Shown here: piece by piece, positions 10,406 to 20,734 of the stretch
Position numbering within the stretch: the first letter of the stretch is position 1
How the letters are laid out: every line of letters begins with the position of its first letter
Origin: an uncultured Solibacteraceae bacterium
Lineage (GTDB): Bacteria > Acidobacteriota > Terriglobia > Bryobacterales > Bryobacteraceae
DNA: 64,000 nucleotides
Assembly (NCBI GenBank): GCA_963748795.1
Contig: CAVVLD010000118.1
Location: 3,131-67,130 of the forward strand
Direction of reading: 5' to 3'
Made by a program: the position numbers and the translations under genes
The notes under the pieces: generated by a model
Told to the model about the DNA's origin: nothing
What the model saw: only the letters and a program-made list of their open reading frames with translations
The model's database searches: none

Positions 10406-11677
10406 ATGGCACTTGCCGCCGAAAGGCCTACATCGTCGCGATACCGATGGGTGATTTGCGGCCTTCTGTTCCTCGCCACGGTGGTGGCCTATATCGACCG
10501 CGGAATTCTCGGGTACCTTCAGGTGACCCTTCGCAAGGAGATCGGCTGGGACGACATCGCCTATGGATATGTGGCGGCCTCGTTCAAGGTGGCGTACGCC
10601 ATCGGCCTTGTGGCGGCCGGATGGTTCACGGACCGCTTGGGGACGCGCAAGGCGTTTGCCATCGCGATCGTGCTGTGGAGCTTCGCGGCGATGTCGCCCG
10701 GGCTGGCCACCTCGGCGTTCACCTTCGGCATCGCCATGTTTTTTCTGGGACTCGGTGAAGCGGCGAACTTCCCGGCCTGCATCAAGACTGTGGCGGAGTG
10801 GTTCCCCCGCAGTGAGCGCGCGCTGTCCACGAGCCTTTTCAACTCCGGCGCGAACATCGGCGCCATGCTGGTTCCGGTAGTGGTTCCGGTCCTGGTGGTG
10901 GCGTTCACGTGGCGGGGCGCGTTTGCCGCCGCCGGGGCTAGTGGATTTGTATGGCTGGTGCTGTGGTTGTGGCTCTACCGCAAGCCGGAGGATCACCCGC
11001 GTGTCTCGAAGGCGGAGCTGGCATACATTCAAAGCGACCCTCCGGAAAATCTGGCGCGCGTGCCGTGGGCCAGGCTGCTGCCGTGCAAAGAGACGTGGGC
11101 ATTCGGTATCGCCAAGCTCCTTACCGACGGCGTCTGGTGGTTTTACATTTTCTGGCTGCCGGGCTACTGGCAGAAGACTTTCCATCTGACGCTGGAAGGG
11201 AATCGGCTTCCGGTGATGCTGTCGTTCGGCATCTCGATCGTCGGTGGCATTTATGGCGGCTACCTTTCGGGGGCGTTGATCAAGCGGGGGAAGAAAGTCG
11301 GCACGGCGCGCAAGACGGCGCTGCTGGTGTGCGCACTATGCATCCTGCCGGTGGTCCTGGTCCCGTTCGTGAATAGTCTGTGGGTGGTTGTGGGTCTGGT
11401 CTGCCTGGCGATGGCGGCGCACCAGGGGTGGTCGGCCAACCTGTTCACGGTTCCCTCGGATCTATTTCCCAAGGCAGCGGTGGCCTCAGTGGTGGGTCTG
11501 GGCGGCATGCTGGGAGCGGCCGCGGGAGCGGGATTCGATGTATTCGTCGGCCACATCGTCGAATGGACTCACAGCTATGTGGCAGTGTTTGGAGTGTGCG
11601 GGTGCACTTATTTCGTGGCGCTGCTGATGCTGCATCTGATCTCGCCGACCTTCGCGCCGGCCAAGTTAAAATACTGA
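10406..11677 (+). CDS. MFS transporter, hexuronate/anionic sugar (ExuT/ACS)-like
   Basis: Intact ORF (track 10355..11677; I prefer ATG 10406, MALAAERPTSSRYRW). About 12 hydrophobic segments. Motifs YIDRGILGYL and GWFTDRLGTRK are typical of the ACS family. Confidence 0.8.
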   Translation: MALAAERPTSSRYRWVICGLLFLATVVAYIDRGILGYLQVTLRKEIGWDDIAYGYVAASFKVAYAIGLVAAGWFTDRLGTRKAFAIAIVLWSFAAMSPGLATSAFTFGIAMFFLGLGEAANFPACIKTVAEWFPRSERALSTSLFNSGANIGAMLVPVVVPVLVVAFTWRGAFAAAGASGFVWLVLWLWLYRKPEDHPRVSKAELAYIQSDPPENLARVPWARLLPCKETWAFGIAKLLTDGVWWFYIFWLPGYWQKTFHLTLEGNRLPVMLSFGISIVGGIYGGYLSGALIKRGKKVGTARKTALLVCALCILPVVLVPFVNSLWVVVGLVCLAMAAHQGWSANLFTVPSDLFPKAAVASVVGLGGMLGAAAGAGFDVFVGHIVEWTHSYVAVFGVCGCTYFVALLMLHLISPTFAPAKLKY

Positions 11678-11803
11678 TGCGAGCGAACATTCACAACGGC
11701 GACATCTTTGTGTACGTCTGTTCATAGTTGGACGGAGATACTTAGCGTCCGCGTACTTTCAGCGCGCCTGAAACCGGCAAATCTGGACTAGAATCGGGAT
11801 GTC

Positions 11804-12179
11804 ATGGCCGAAAGCAAGAAAACCATTCTGGTCGTCGATGACGAGCCGGAAGTGCGGAAACTGGTGGGCGCGGTGGTCAACCAGTCGGGCTACGTGGCCC
11901 TCACCGCCGATAGCGGCGAACACGCCCTCACACTGGTCAGGAAGCAGAAAGACCCGCTCGCGCTGCTCATCACCGACGTGGTCCAGCCCGGGCATGAGCG
12001 GACCTATGCTGGCCGACCGCCTCGCGGCCCTTCAGCCGGACCTGAAGGTGCTCTATATCTCCGGCTACGACAACACTCACGTGGTCCAGAAGTACGTAGT
12101 CGAAAAAGGTCACGCCTTGCTGACCAAGCCGTTCAACCTGGAAGACCTTCGTGCCAAGATGACGGCACTTCTGGCCTGA
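11804..12179 (+). CDS. Stand-alone CheY-like response regulator receiver (one frameshift near 11990)
   Basis: KTILVVDDEPEVRKLV ... LLITDVV then (frame of ORF 11799..12179) PGMSGPMLADRLAALQPDLKVLYISGY ... LTKPF. The switch lies inside cagCCCGGGcat. Confidence 0.8.
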
Positions 12180-12208
12180 GCGCGATTCAGTGCTAACATC
12201 ACGAAGAC

Positions 12209-12858
12209 GTGACCATTCGGCCCGCCAGCGACCGCTCTATCCTGGTTTCTTTCGGCGATGAAATCTCTCTCGCAATGCACCGGCAGGTGCTCGGGCTAAC
12301 GCGCACTCTGCAAGGCGTCCGCGGCATTCTCAACCTGCATCCCGCCTTTTCCACGCGTGCTGATCGATTTCGATCCGCGATTGCGCACCCACGCCGAAAT
12401 CGAGGCCCTGGTGCGGGAGCGCCTGGCCGCCGCCACGCACGAGCCGCTCCCGAGCCGCGAACCGTGGAGATTCCGGTCTGCTACGGCGGCGAATTCGGGC
12501 CGGACCTGGAAGACGTGGCCCGTCACAATTCGCTGACGCCCGCGCAAGTGGTCGAACGCCATTCCGCCGCCGAGTACGTGGTCTACTTCGTGGGCTTCGC
12601 CACCTGCTTTCCGTATCTCGGCGGGCTGCCGGCCGAACTGGCCACGCCGCGCCTTTCCGCCCCGCGCAAGCTGGTGCCGGCCGGCAGCATCGGCATCGCC
12701 GGCGCGCAGGCCGGCGTGTACCCCATCGCCTCGCCCGGCGGCTGGCGGCTCATCGGACGCACGCCGCTGCGTCTGTTCGACCCTCAGCCGAGCCACCGGC
12801 GCTCTTGCGGATGGGCGACCGCCTGCGCTTCGTACGCCTGCCGGAGTCGCCCCTGTGA
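12209..12858 (+). CDS. pxpB: 5-oxoprolinase subunit B (KipI/allophanate hydrolase subunit 1 family), frameshifted
   Basis: [21 protein letters not shown] ... NLHPAFS ... [19 protein letters not shown] ... [19 protein letters not shown] ... [24 protein letters not shown]. The stop TGA 12856..12858 overlaps the GTG of the next gene. Confidence 0.75.
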
Positions 12859-13744
12859 GCCGGATCCACGTTGTCTCACCCGGCATGCAGACCACGGTGC
12901 AGGACCTGGGCCGCTTCGGCTTCGCCCACTTTGGAGTCTCCGCCTCGGGCGCGGCCGATGCGCTGGCGCTGCGCGCCGGAAACCTGCTGGTGGGCAATGC
13001 CGAGAACGCCGCGGCGCTGGAAATGACCCTGGCGGGCGGCGCTTTCGAGTTCGAAGGCGATGCGGTGATCGCCCTCACGGGCTCGGATTTCGGCGCCGGC
13101 CTGCCGCTGTGGACCGCCATCGAGATCCGCGGCGGCCAAACCGTGCGCTGCGGCGCCACGCGCACCGGCGCGCGCTGCTACCTGGCCGTGCGCGGCGGCA
13201 TCGCCGTTCCCAAGGCGATGGGCAGCGCGTCGGTCCACATCGTGACCGGAGTGGGTGGACGGCCGTTGCGCAAGGGCGACATGCTGCCGGTGGGCGATGC
13301 CGCGGTCCGCAAACCACGGCCGGCGGCTCGCCAGGTGCCGGAATACGTGCGCGGCGGTTCGCTTCGCGTCACCGCGGGACCGCAGGCCGATTGGTTCGCG
13401 GGCGAACTGCTGGCCTCTCCCTACACCGTCACCGAGGAATCCAATCGCATGGGCCTGCGGCTCTCGGTCCGGCCATTCCGAGCCATGCCGGCCACATGCT
13501 CACCGAAGGCGTGGCGCTGGGCGCCATTCAGGTGCCGCCCGACGGCCAGCCCATCATCCTCTTCGTGGAGCACCAGACCACCGGCGGCTACCCCAAGCCG
13601 GCCAACGTGATCTCCGCGGATTTCTGGCGCCTGGGCCAATTGCGCCCGCGCGACCAGGTTCGCTTCGAGCAAGTTACTATCGAGGAAGCCGTCGAGCTGC
13701 TGCGCGATCAGGAGCGCTGGCTCTACAGCCTGGGACAGCGGTAA
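12855..13744 (+). CDS. pxpC: 5-oxoprolinase subunit C (KipA/allophanate hydrolase subunit 2 family), one frameshift near 13480
   Basis: [30 protein letters not shown] ... NRMGLRL ... [41 protein letters not shown]. Pieces lie in ORFs 12855..13610 and 12209..13744. Confidence 0.75.
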
Positions 13745-13749
13745 CGCTT

Positions 13750-14436
13750 ATGACTATCGACCTGAACTGCGACATGGGAGAACTGGAAGACGCGGCGCAT
13801 GAAGCCGCCCTGATGGAGTACATCACGTCCGCCAACATCGCCTGCGGCGGACACGCCGGAGACGACGCCATCATGGAGCGGACCGCGCGGCTGGCCATGG
13901 AGCGCGGCGTCCGCATCGGCGCCCATCCCGGCTATCCCGATCGCGCCAATTTCGGCCGCATCGAAATGCCGCTGACGCCGAGGCGATCGAGAGCACCGTG
14001 CTCGAACAGATCCAGCGGCTGGACGGCATCGTCAGGCGCCTGGGCGGCGAGATCGTGCATGTGAAGCCTCACGGCGCGCTCTACAACGTGGCGGTGCGAA
14101 ATCGCGAAGTGGCGCAGGCCATCGGCAGGGGCGTGGCCCGCTGGAATCCGCGCATCCCCATCTTCGGCCTGGCCGCATCGCCCATGCTGGATGTGTGGCG
14201 CGAAATGGGGCTTGACGGCCACCGCCGAAGCATTCGCCGACCGGCGCTACGAGCCGGACGGCACGCTGCGCAATCGCAAGTTCCCCGATGCCCTCATTAC
14301 CGATCCCGCCGCCGCCGCCGCGCAGGCCGTGCGGCTGGCGCGCGAGGGCAAAGCCGAGACCATCTGCGTGCACGGCGATACTCCGGGCGCCGTCGCCATC
14401 CTGAAAGCCTGCCGGGAGGCGCTGCTAAACCAGTGA
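13750..14436 (+). CDS. pxpA: 5-oxoprolinase subunit A (LamB/YcsF family), two frameshifts
   Basis: IDLNCDMGE ... [11 protein letters not shown] ... [14 protein letters not shown] ... [10 protein letters not shown] ... [17 protein letters not shown] ... [11 protein letters not shown]. Pieces lie in ORFs 13255..14064, 13998..16604 and 14191..14436. Confidence 0.8.
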
Positions 14437-16086
14437 TGAAATTGCTCCTGCTGCTGGCCGCTGCCGTTCCGCTCTTCGGCCAGACGACTCAGTGCACATA
14501 CAAGCTTTCGGCGGGAGGAGTCGCCGTGAGTGCCGCCGCCAGTGTTGCCGGCAAGCTCCCCTCGTTCACCGTGACCACTCCGGGCACTTGCCCGTTCGTG
14601 GCAGTCACAGCGGCCACCTGGCTGCACATCCAGGCGCCCGCGAAGGGCACGAATTTCGCGGGCACGAGCCAGGTATCTTTTTCCGTGGATGCGAACACCA
14701 GCGCGCAACTCCGTACCGACCAGATCCTCATCTATCCCGGCACGCAAGTGACTCCCGACAGCCAGTCACTCGGATACGTAGTGGCTCAAGTGGCGGGTAT
14801 CTGTGACTACTCCCTCTCCGCCTCCTCAGCCACCGTACCGGCCACCGGCGGTTCCGGAAGCTTCACCGTCAACACAGGCTGCACCTGGGGCGCCACTACC
14901 AGCACCTTCATTACGGCAACTGCGCCGAACGGCACGCTGGGCACCGGACCCATCAATTACCAGGTCTCCGCGAATCTTTGCGCCGCACCGCGCACCGGGC
15001 TGATCACGCTGCAAACGGGATTGGCGAATCCTCCGGTCTTCCAGATCACGCAGGATGGGTCACTCTCCAATTTCACGCTCTCGCCCGCCGGCGTGACTGA
15101 CCCGGCGGGCGCACTCACCAATCAGAAAGTGACTGTGACCACCGGCGCCGGCTGTCCCTGGAGCGCCTATACCGATTCGGCCAACTGGCTGCACCCCACG
15201 GGCGCCTCGGGAACCGGCCCGGGCGTTGTGACTTACTCCGTGGATACCAACCAGGGCGCATCCCGAACCGGCCACATTTATTTTCAATCGGGCGTCGATC
15301 TGACGGGAAACCCGATTCTGGCCGCGACTCTGACTGTGACTCAGCAGGCAATTCAGGCCACCGGGCCGATCCTGGCCGCCGTGGTGAACGACGCCAGTTA
15401 CGACATCGGGACGCCTGCGCCCATATCCATCTCGCCCGGCGAGATTGTGGCGCTGTTCGGCAGCAACCTGGGACCTGTTGCGGGAGTCGTCAACACGCAG
15501 ACCTTTGGAACCAGCCTGGGCGGTGTGCAGGTGATGTTCGGAAATACCGCCGCACCCCTGCTCTACGTCTCTGCCGGCCAGATCAACGCCGTGGTGCCTT
15601 ACGCAACCGGCGGCTCCGAGTGTGGCGGTGACGGTGAGTTACAACAACTCGAATTCGCCGGCGTTGACGGTGCCGGTGCAGGCGGCGACGCCGGGGATTT
15701 TTTCCTACGATCGCTCCGGCAGCGGACCCGGCGCGATTCTGAATCAGGACTACAGCGTCAACTCCGCGGCGCGCCCGGCCGCGAAAGGCAGCGTGGTGGC
15801 GATCTACTGCACCGGAGCGGGAGTCACTGTGCCGGCATCCACGGATGGCGCGCTCGCCACGCTCACTCCGCCCTTTCCGAGCCTGGCCGCCCAACCGGTA
15901 ACCGTGACCATCGGCGGCCTTTCGGCGGACGTAGTTTATTCCGGCGCAGCGCCCGGCGCGATCAACGGCCTGACTCAGATCGATGCCGTCGTGCCCGGCG
16001 GGTTGAAATCGGGTTCCTCGGTTCCCGTGGTGGTGACGATTGGCGGCGTCTCGAGTCAGGGCAATCTCTCGATGTCCGTTCAGTAA
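14436..16086 (+). CDS. Secreted multi-domain protein with BACON/Ig-like repeats and a TIGR03437-type (Solibacter uncharacterized C-terminal) domain; one frameshift near 15610
   Basis: Signal peptide [17 protein letters not shown]. There are three repeats of the type CxYxLS...GGSGSFTVxTxxGCxW. The C-terminal part reads PGEIVALFGSNLGP ... APLLYVSAGQINAVVPY ... PGIFSYD ... GSVVAIYCTGAG ... YSGAAPGAINGLTQIDAVVP. Pieces lie in ORFs 13998..16604 and 15622..16086. Confidence 0.7.
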
Positions 16087-16665
16087 ACGGCCGGGCGAGC
16101 GGTATCCTGTGGAGATGCGAGAATTCAAGCTGGCGATCCTCCGCGCTTTGCATTGCGCGAATCGCAGTCCTGACATCGCTTCTCGTGGTCCCTGCCGCGG
16201 TTGCCTCCGATGTGCCCGATTTTTCCGGCGTATGGGTGGAGACACAGCCCGAGAGCGGTCCGCCCATGAGGTTGCAAGTGACTCAGTCCGGCTCAAGACT
16301 GCAGGTTCGAATCAGTTTTCGCGATGACTACTTCCCGGACGCTGTCTTCCGTACAGCGACGATCGAAAACGGAGCCGCGAGTTGGACCATACCGCAAGGC
16401 TGTATCGCACGATTCCGCTGGCTGGGCTACAACTACGATAATCCGGGGTTAACCACGTTCACGCTATCGCTTCGCGAGCCCGCCGAGTCCGGAGAATCTG
16501 GCCCGCTGCTCGTCTATGTGCAGAAGATCCATTGGGACGTGCCGTGTGCCAGTAACCATCCGATCGGCACAGAGCAGGTTCAGAGAATATTGAGGCGGCG
16601 GTAGCCCGGGGCAGCTAGAATGAGCCATGCGCTCGTTCATCCTAGTCATCACAAAGCGCCTGCGC
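15642..16665 (+). repeat. Direct repeat copy 1 (about 1.02 kb), paired with 19748..20763
   Basis: Aligned by eye base for base with 19748..20763, with mostly scattered single-base differences and a few small indels. It covers the last ~145 codons of the TIGR03437 gene, the small downstream gene and the first codons (MRSFILV) of the next gene. Confidence 0.9.
16115..16604 (+). CDS. Small secreted protein of unknown function (copy 1; one frameshift just after the start)
   Basis: MREFKLAILRAL (frame of ORF 16040..16327), then IARIAVLTSLLVVPAAVASDVPDFSGVWVETQPESGPPMRLQVTQSGSRLQVRISF...NHPIGTEQVQRILRRR (tail of ORF 13998..16604). Signal peptide present. No family recognised. Confidence 0.5.
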
Positions 16666-16776
16666 TCTTGAAATTCCGGGGGAGGGGTCAACGCGATATC
16701 CCTACGCGTCTTGGCGTGATCCTCTTCTTCGCTTCTCAGGCGTTGAACAAGTTGCTCCTTCCGCTTCGATTCAGGG

Positions 16777-17679
16777 TCAAAGGTTGGAATGCGCACTAGG
16801 ACGCACGCAATCCAGGAAACCGGCATCCTGTCTCCACGCGTGCAGACGGGGGCAGGTTATTTGGTTCCGGGGATGCGCGGCATACCTTCCGAAGCTGTCT
16901 TCCACGAATGCATGCAGATCGTAGAGGCGGGTACCGGCTTTGAACAGGTAGGATCCCGGCAGCGACATGGCCCGACCGAGCTCCGGGTAGAGCGGCCATA
17001 CACAGCTACTTAGCAATTCGTCCGGAACATACGACTCTACTAGCCGAGCATCGACCTCAATACCCAGTCTGTGCATGATTTCAGCAGCCAGATCCGCCAA
17101 CACGAACAGCTTGGGGTGGTTAATGGTGTGCATAAAGACCCCGCGCTGGGTCCACGAGCGGTAGAGCTTTTCGAAAGGAAAATCAAATTGTCGACCGACC
17201 ACCAAAAGGGCTTGCTGAGAGCTTGCCCAAGCGTCGAAATATCCGGCGCGCTGGTAGACGCTGGCCCGGAACATCCCCACCGTCTCTTCCACCCCCATGC
17301 CCTCCGTATAGCCGAACAGCGCCAGTGCGGAATTGTAGTCGCCCAGCGCTGAATGCACAGGATGGCCGGTATCCTTACGGCTGGCAAGTACACAATCGGG
17401 GTGAAAGGCATGGAAGTTTACCGGTGGACAGATCATCAGATTTCCGCACGCAGCTTTTAGGACAGGCAGCAAGTCCGGTTCGCCGAATAGATTTTCCAAA
17501 GGTGCTATCGCGATCAGCTTGTCGTAAGTAGCAAACTCGGCCAGCATTTCGCCCTTATTGCGAAAACTCAAGGGAAACTCCGGTAGAACGTAGAGAGTGC
17601 TGACAGTAGCAGGGTGATAAAAGCGCAGACACCTCCCAATCCCATTACTGAGGCAGTTCCCTACGATGCCTATTCGCAC
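16777..17679 (-). CDS. WcbI-like polysaccharide-biosynthesis-associated protein (tentative)
   Basis: Intact 300 aa ORF. It has the N-terminal IVGNC motif, FHAFHPD, GDYNSALALFGY..G...EET and FMHTINHPKLFVLADLAAEI, which I recall as features of the WcbI domain family. No HMM was run. Confidence 0.45.
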   Translation of the reverse strand: MRIGIVGNCLSNGIGRCLRFYHPATVSTLYVLPEFPLSFRNKGEMLAEFATYDKLIAIAPLENLFGEPDLLPVLKAACGNLMICPPVNFHAFHPDCVLASRKDTGHPVHSALGDYNSALALFGYTEGMGVEETVGMFRASVYQRAGYFDAWASSQQALLVVGRQFDFPFEKLYRSWTQRGVFMHTINHPKLFVLADLAAEIMHRLGIEVDARLVESYVPDELLSSCVWPLYPELGRAMSLPGSYLFKAGTRLYDLHAFVEDSFGRYAAHPRNQITCPRLHAWRQDAGFLDCVRPSAHSNL

Positions 17680-18806
17680 GAGTCACCGTTCAACCCATGT
17701 GGTTGTGGTTTCACCGCTGGAACTTCGCTCTCGATGATGTCATCATCGCAAACAACGGCTTGCATGGCAGCCAGCTCGCTTCGGAAGTAGGTCTTGTCCG
17801 GAAACGACGCGCCGGAGATTGCCTGCGGGGCGCCATCGGCCAAAAAGTGGGAGCAAAATACTCGCATCACATGGCCGAGGCCGAACTCACTTACTGATCG
17901 TAAGTCATTCTCGTAATATCTACCCTGCGCATGTGGACCAGTTACGATTTCGTAGGCAGGAAAATAGGCCACCCGCGCCCGCGCAGCACAGCAGGATTCC
18001 GCGGCTACTCGGAGTATAGACTTACTAAGGCAGGTAGCAGCTAGGACATGCCGCGGCTGGTAAGTGGCCCTGAGTGGGACGGGAGATACCGTCAGAACCA
18101 CCCGGCAGCGGGAATTGACGCTACGCAAGCGATCGACGAAGGCTAGCAAATCATCGGTCACGTCGGCGCAGGAATAATTCGAGAAGCGATACAGCGCCGG
18201 ATGCCAATCCCCAGCCGCCACTCCAGGAGCCAGCGGCAAAAGCGCCCCATCCTCCTTGTATTCCCAGGCTTCCGTAAGTCCCAGAGTAGAACACCAGGAC
18301 GTCGAGCTCCTCGAACAGCCGCCGCACACAGGCCAAGTGCTCCCTTCGATCATCCTCCAGAGCCTTTACAGAAAGAAAGCCACCGGGTTTAATACGCGGC
18401 CGGAAGGGATCCACATATTCGTTGGACGGGCCGCGCCAATGGGACAAGCAAGGTCGAAAACGGCCATACGCCCGGTCGAAAAGCTGCACCAACTGCCGGG
18501 CTGTGTAAATGTTTCCGTACCGTGCGGAAAGGGCGCATGTCCCTCCCTCTCCCCAGCGGGAACTTGTTCGGCCACGAAGTAGTGAAATCCCAGAGCCTGG
18601 AGATTGCGCGAGAGATGCTCGGCAAAGCAGCTTCCCGCGCTGGCAATGGCATCATTCCTGTTGATGAGGAACGGCGAGTTAATGAGCGGATCTACCGCGA
18701 ACGGTGGAACTGCCGCCACTGCTCTGCTCCAAAACGCGTGGTCCGGCAGTTCGGAGTAGGGATTGTGGCCAGGTTTCTGCGAGTCCGGATCGCGCATTAG
18801 GTTCAT
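17670..18806 (-). CDS. GSCFA-family protein (SGNH-like, function unknown), two frameshifts
   Basis: Eponymous motif ASAGSCFAEHLSRNL in ORF 18366..18806, then RYGNIYTARQLVQLFDRAYGRF (ORF 18151..18492 frame), then TLGLTEAWEY ... VVLTVSPVPL ... YFPAYEIV (ORF 17670..18353). Confidence 0.65.
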
Positions 18807-18984
18807 TCCGAAATTCTAACCCACGGCTGAACCCCACGGGTTAGCACAAAAGCTCTGGCTTGCGAGGAAGTCCGAACGACCGGCGTCCAAGTGCACCGCA
18901 CCGACCGGCTCTCCGTTGTGCTAGCCTTCCAAAAGGTTTCGAAAGCAGAGCATCCGAAGTAGTCTGTTTCCAGAAAGCAAAGCT

Positions 18985-19683
18985 ATGACAAGAGACGAAA
19001 TTCAAGCCCAGGTAGATCGCATTAAATGGTGGCACCAGATCGATTTGGGGCAAGGCATTATTACTCCCGGGCTCGATCCTACCATCGATCGTGTCCGCCT
19101 CCTGGGTTTGCCCAACGACCTTCGAGGCAAAACCGTTTTAGATATTGGGGCTTGGGATGGAGCTTTCGCATTTGAGGCGGAACGCCGGGGTGCCAGTCGT
19201 GTTCTGGCTATCGACGAGTTCATTTGGGCTGGCAAGGGTTGGGCTTCCAAAGAGGGCTTCGACGTCGCACGACGTATTTTAAATTCTAATGTGCAAGATA
19301 TGTTGATCGATGTCTATGAAATTGCACCGGAGAACGTCGGCCTATTCGACCTGATAATATTCTCTGGCGTCCTATATCATCTGCGGCATCCCCTATTGGC
19401 GCTCGAACACGTAGCCAGCGTTTGCAAAGACCAGCTCATTTTGTCTACACATATTGATCTGATCAGCGTGCAACGGCCGGCGATCGCCTTTTATCCAGGC
19501 AAAGAATTAGCCGGCGATCCGACGAACTGGTGCGGCCCGAATCTTCCGGCACTAGAAGCCATGCTCCGGGACGTTGGTTTCGACCGTGTGGAGGTTGTCG
19601 ATTCCAGTCCAGCACCCGAACCCTACGACATCGATAAAATCTACCGAGGGTGGGTTACCGTCCACGCTTGGAAGACCAGCTAA
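18985..19683 (+). CDS. Class I SAM-dependent methyltransferase (DUF1698/CmoB-like N-terminal pattern)
   Basis: Intact 232 aa ORF. Motifs: WWHQIDLGQGIITPG, motif I VLDIGAWDGAFAFEA, and FDLIIFSGVLYHLRHP. Confidence 0.75.
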   Translation: MTRDEIQAQVDRIKWWHQIDLGQGIITPGLDPTIDRVRLLGLPNDLRGKTVLDIGAWDGAFAFEAERRGASRVLAIDEFIWAGKGWASKEGFDVARRILNSNVQDMLIDVYEIAPENVGLFDLIIFSGVLYHLRHPLLALEHVASVCKDQLILSTHIDLISVQRPAIAFYPGKELAGDPTNWCGPNLPALEAMLRDVGFDRVEVVDSSPAPEPYDIDKIYRGWVTVHAWKTS

Positions 19684-19705
19684 TGGCACTGAACAAATTG
19701 GAATT

Positions 19706-19734
19706 CTCGTCAAGCAGAATTCTTATCAGACGAG
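19706..19734 (+). terminator. Hairpin after the methyltransferase gene
   Basis: CTCGTC aagcAGAATTCTtatca GACGAG lies 23 nt after the stop. The stem is short and there is no T-tract, so this is a weak call. Confidence 0.3.
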
Positions 19735-19776
19735 CAAGCTTGGTCGCAGAACAACTCACTTTCACCGGCGCTGACG

Positions 19777-20193
19777 GTGCCGGTGCAAGCGGCAACGCCG
19801 GGGATTTTTTCCTACGATCGCTCCGGCAGCGGGCCCGGCGCGATTCTGAATCAGGACTACAGCGTCAACTCCGCGGCGCGCCCGGCCGCAAAAGGCAGCG
19901 TGGTGGCGATCTACTGCACCGGAGCGGGAATCACTGTGCCGGCATCCACGGATGGCGCGCTCGCGACGCTCACTCCGCCCTTTCCGAGCCTGGCCGCCCA
20001 ACCGGTAACCGTGACTATCGGCGGCCTTCCAGCGGACGTAGTTTATTCCGGCGCAGCGCCAGGCGCGATCAACGGACTGACTCAGATCGATGCTGTCGTG
20101 CCCGGTGGATTGAAATCGGGCTCCTCGGTTCCCGTGGTAGTGACGATTGGCGGCGTCTCCAGTCAGGGTAATCTCTCGATGTCCATTCAGTAA
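19777..20193 (+). pseudogene. 5-prime-truncated copy of the TIGR03437 C-terminal domain
   Basis: ORF 19777..20193 (PVQAATPGIFSYDRSGSGPGAILNQDYSVNS...SSQGNLSMSIQ) matches the last 138 residues of the 14436..16086 product almost residue for residue. It lacks a signal peptide and all upstream domains. Confidence 0.7.
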
Positions 20194-20221
20194 ATGGCCG
20201 GGCAAGCGGTATCCTATGGGG

Positions 20222-20712
20222 ATGCGAGAGTTCAAGCTGGCGTTCCTCCGCGCTTTGGCATTGCGCGAATCGCAGTCCTGACGAGTCGCTTCTCGTGGTC
20301 CCTGCCGCGGTTGCCTCCGATGTGCCTGATTTTTCCGGCGTATGGGTGGAGACACAGCCCCCAGAGCGGTCCGCCCATGAGGTTGCAAGTGACTCAGTCC
20401 GGCTCAAGAATGCAGGTTCGAATCAGTTTTCGCGACGACTACTTCCCCGCTGCCTTCCGTACAGCGACGATCGAAAACGGAGCCGCGAGCTGGACCATAC
20501 CGCAAGGTTGTACCGCACGATTCCGCTGGCTGGGCTACAACTACGATAATCCGGGATTAAACACGTTCACGCTCTCGCTTCGTCAGCTCGCCGAGTCTGG
20601 AGACTCCAGCCCTCTGCTTGTCTATGTGCAGAAGATCCGTTGGAACGTGCCCTGTGCCAGTAACCATCCGATCGGCACAGAGCAGATTCAGAGGATACTG
20701 AGACGGCGGTAG
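20222..20712 (+). CDS. Small secreted protein of unknown function (copy 2; several frame changes)
   Basis: MREFKLAFLRAL..., VVPAAVASDVPDFSGVWVETQP (ORF 20295..20549 frame), and SGPPMRLQVTQSGSRMQVRISF...NHPIGTEQIQRILRRR (ORF 20194..20712). Paralog of 16115..16604. Confidence 0.45.
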
Positions 20713-20734
20713 CCGAGGGGCAGCAGAATGAGCC

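Noticed and set aside
9152-11185. 677 aa ORF suggesting an aminotransferase with a 285-residue N-terminal extension.
   Set aside because: The extension is Arg/Pro/Gly-rich, overlaps the well-supported MFS transporter gene on the opposite strand, and the aminotransferase has a normal start (MSISKAIAEQ) at 10327.
16464-16826. 120 aa minus-strand ORF spanning the right end of repeat copy 1 and the island edge.
   Set aside because: It crosses the repeat boundary and overlaps the end of the small secreted protein gene on the other strand. It has no motifs. Only a short charged stretch (FDPESKRKEQLVQRLRSEEEDH) looks protein-like.
16666-19747. Classification of the island as a classical mobile element (IS, transposon, integrative element, prophage).
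   Set aside because: No transposase, integrase, recombinase, terminal inverted repeats, tRNA target or phage genes are visible. Only the ~1 kb homologous flanks suggest how it arrived.
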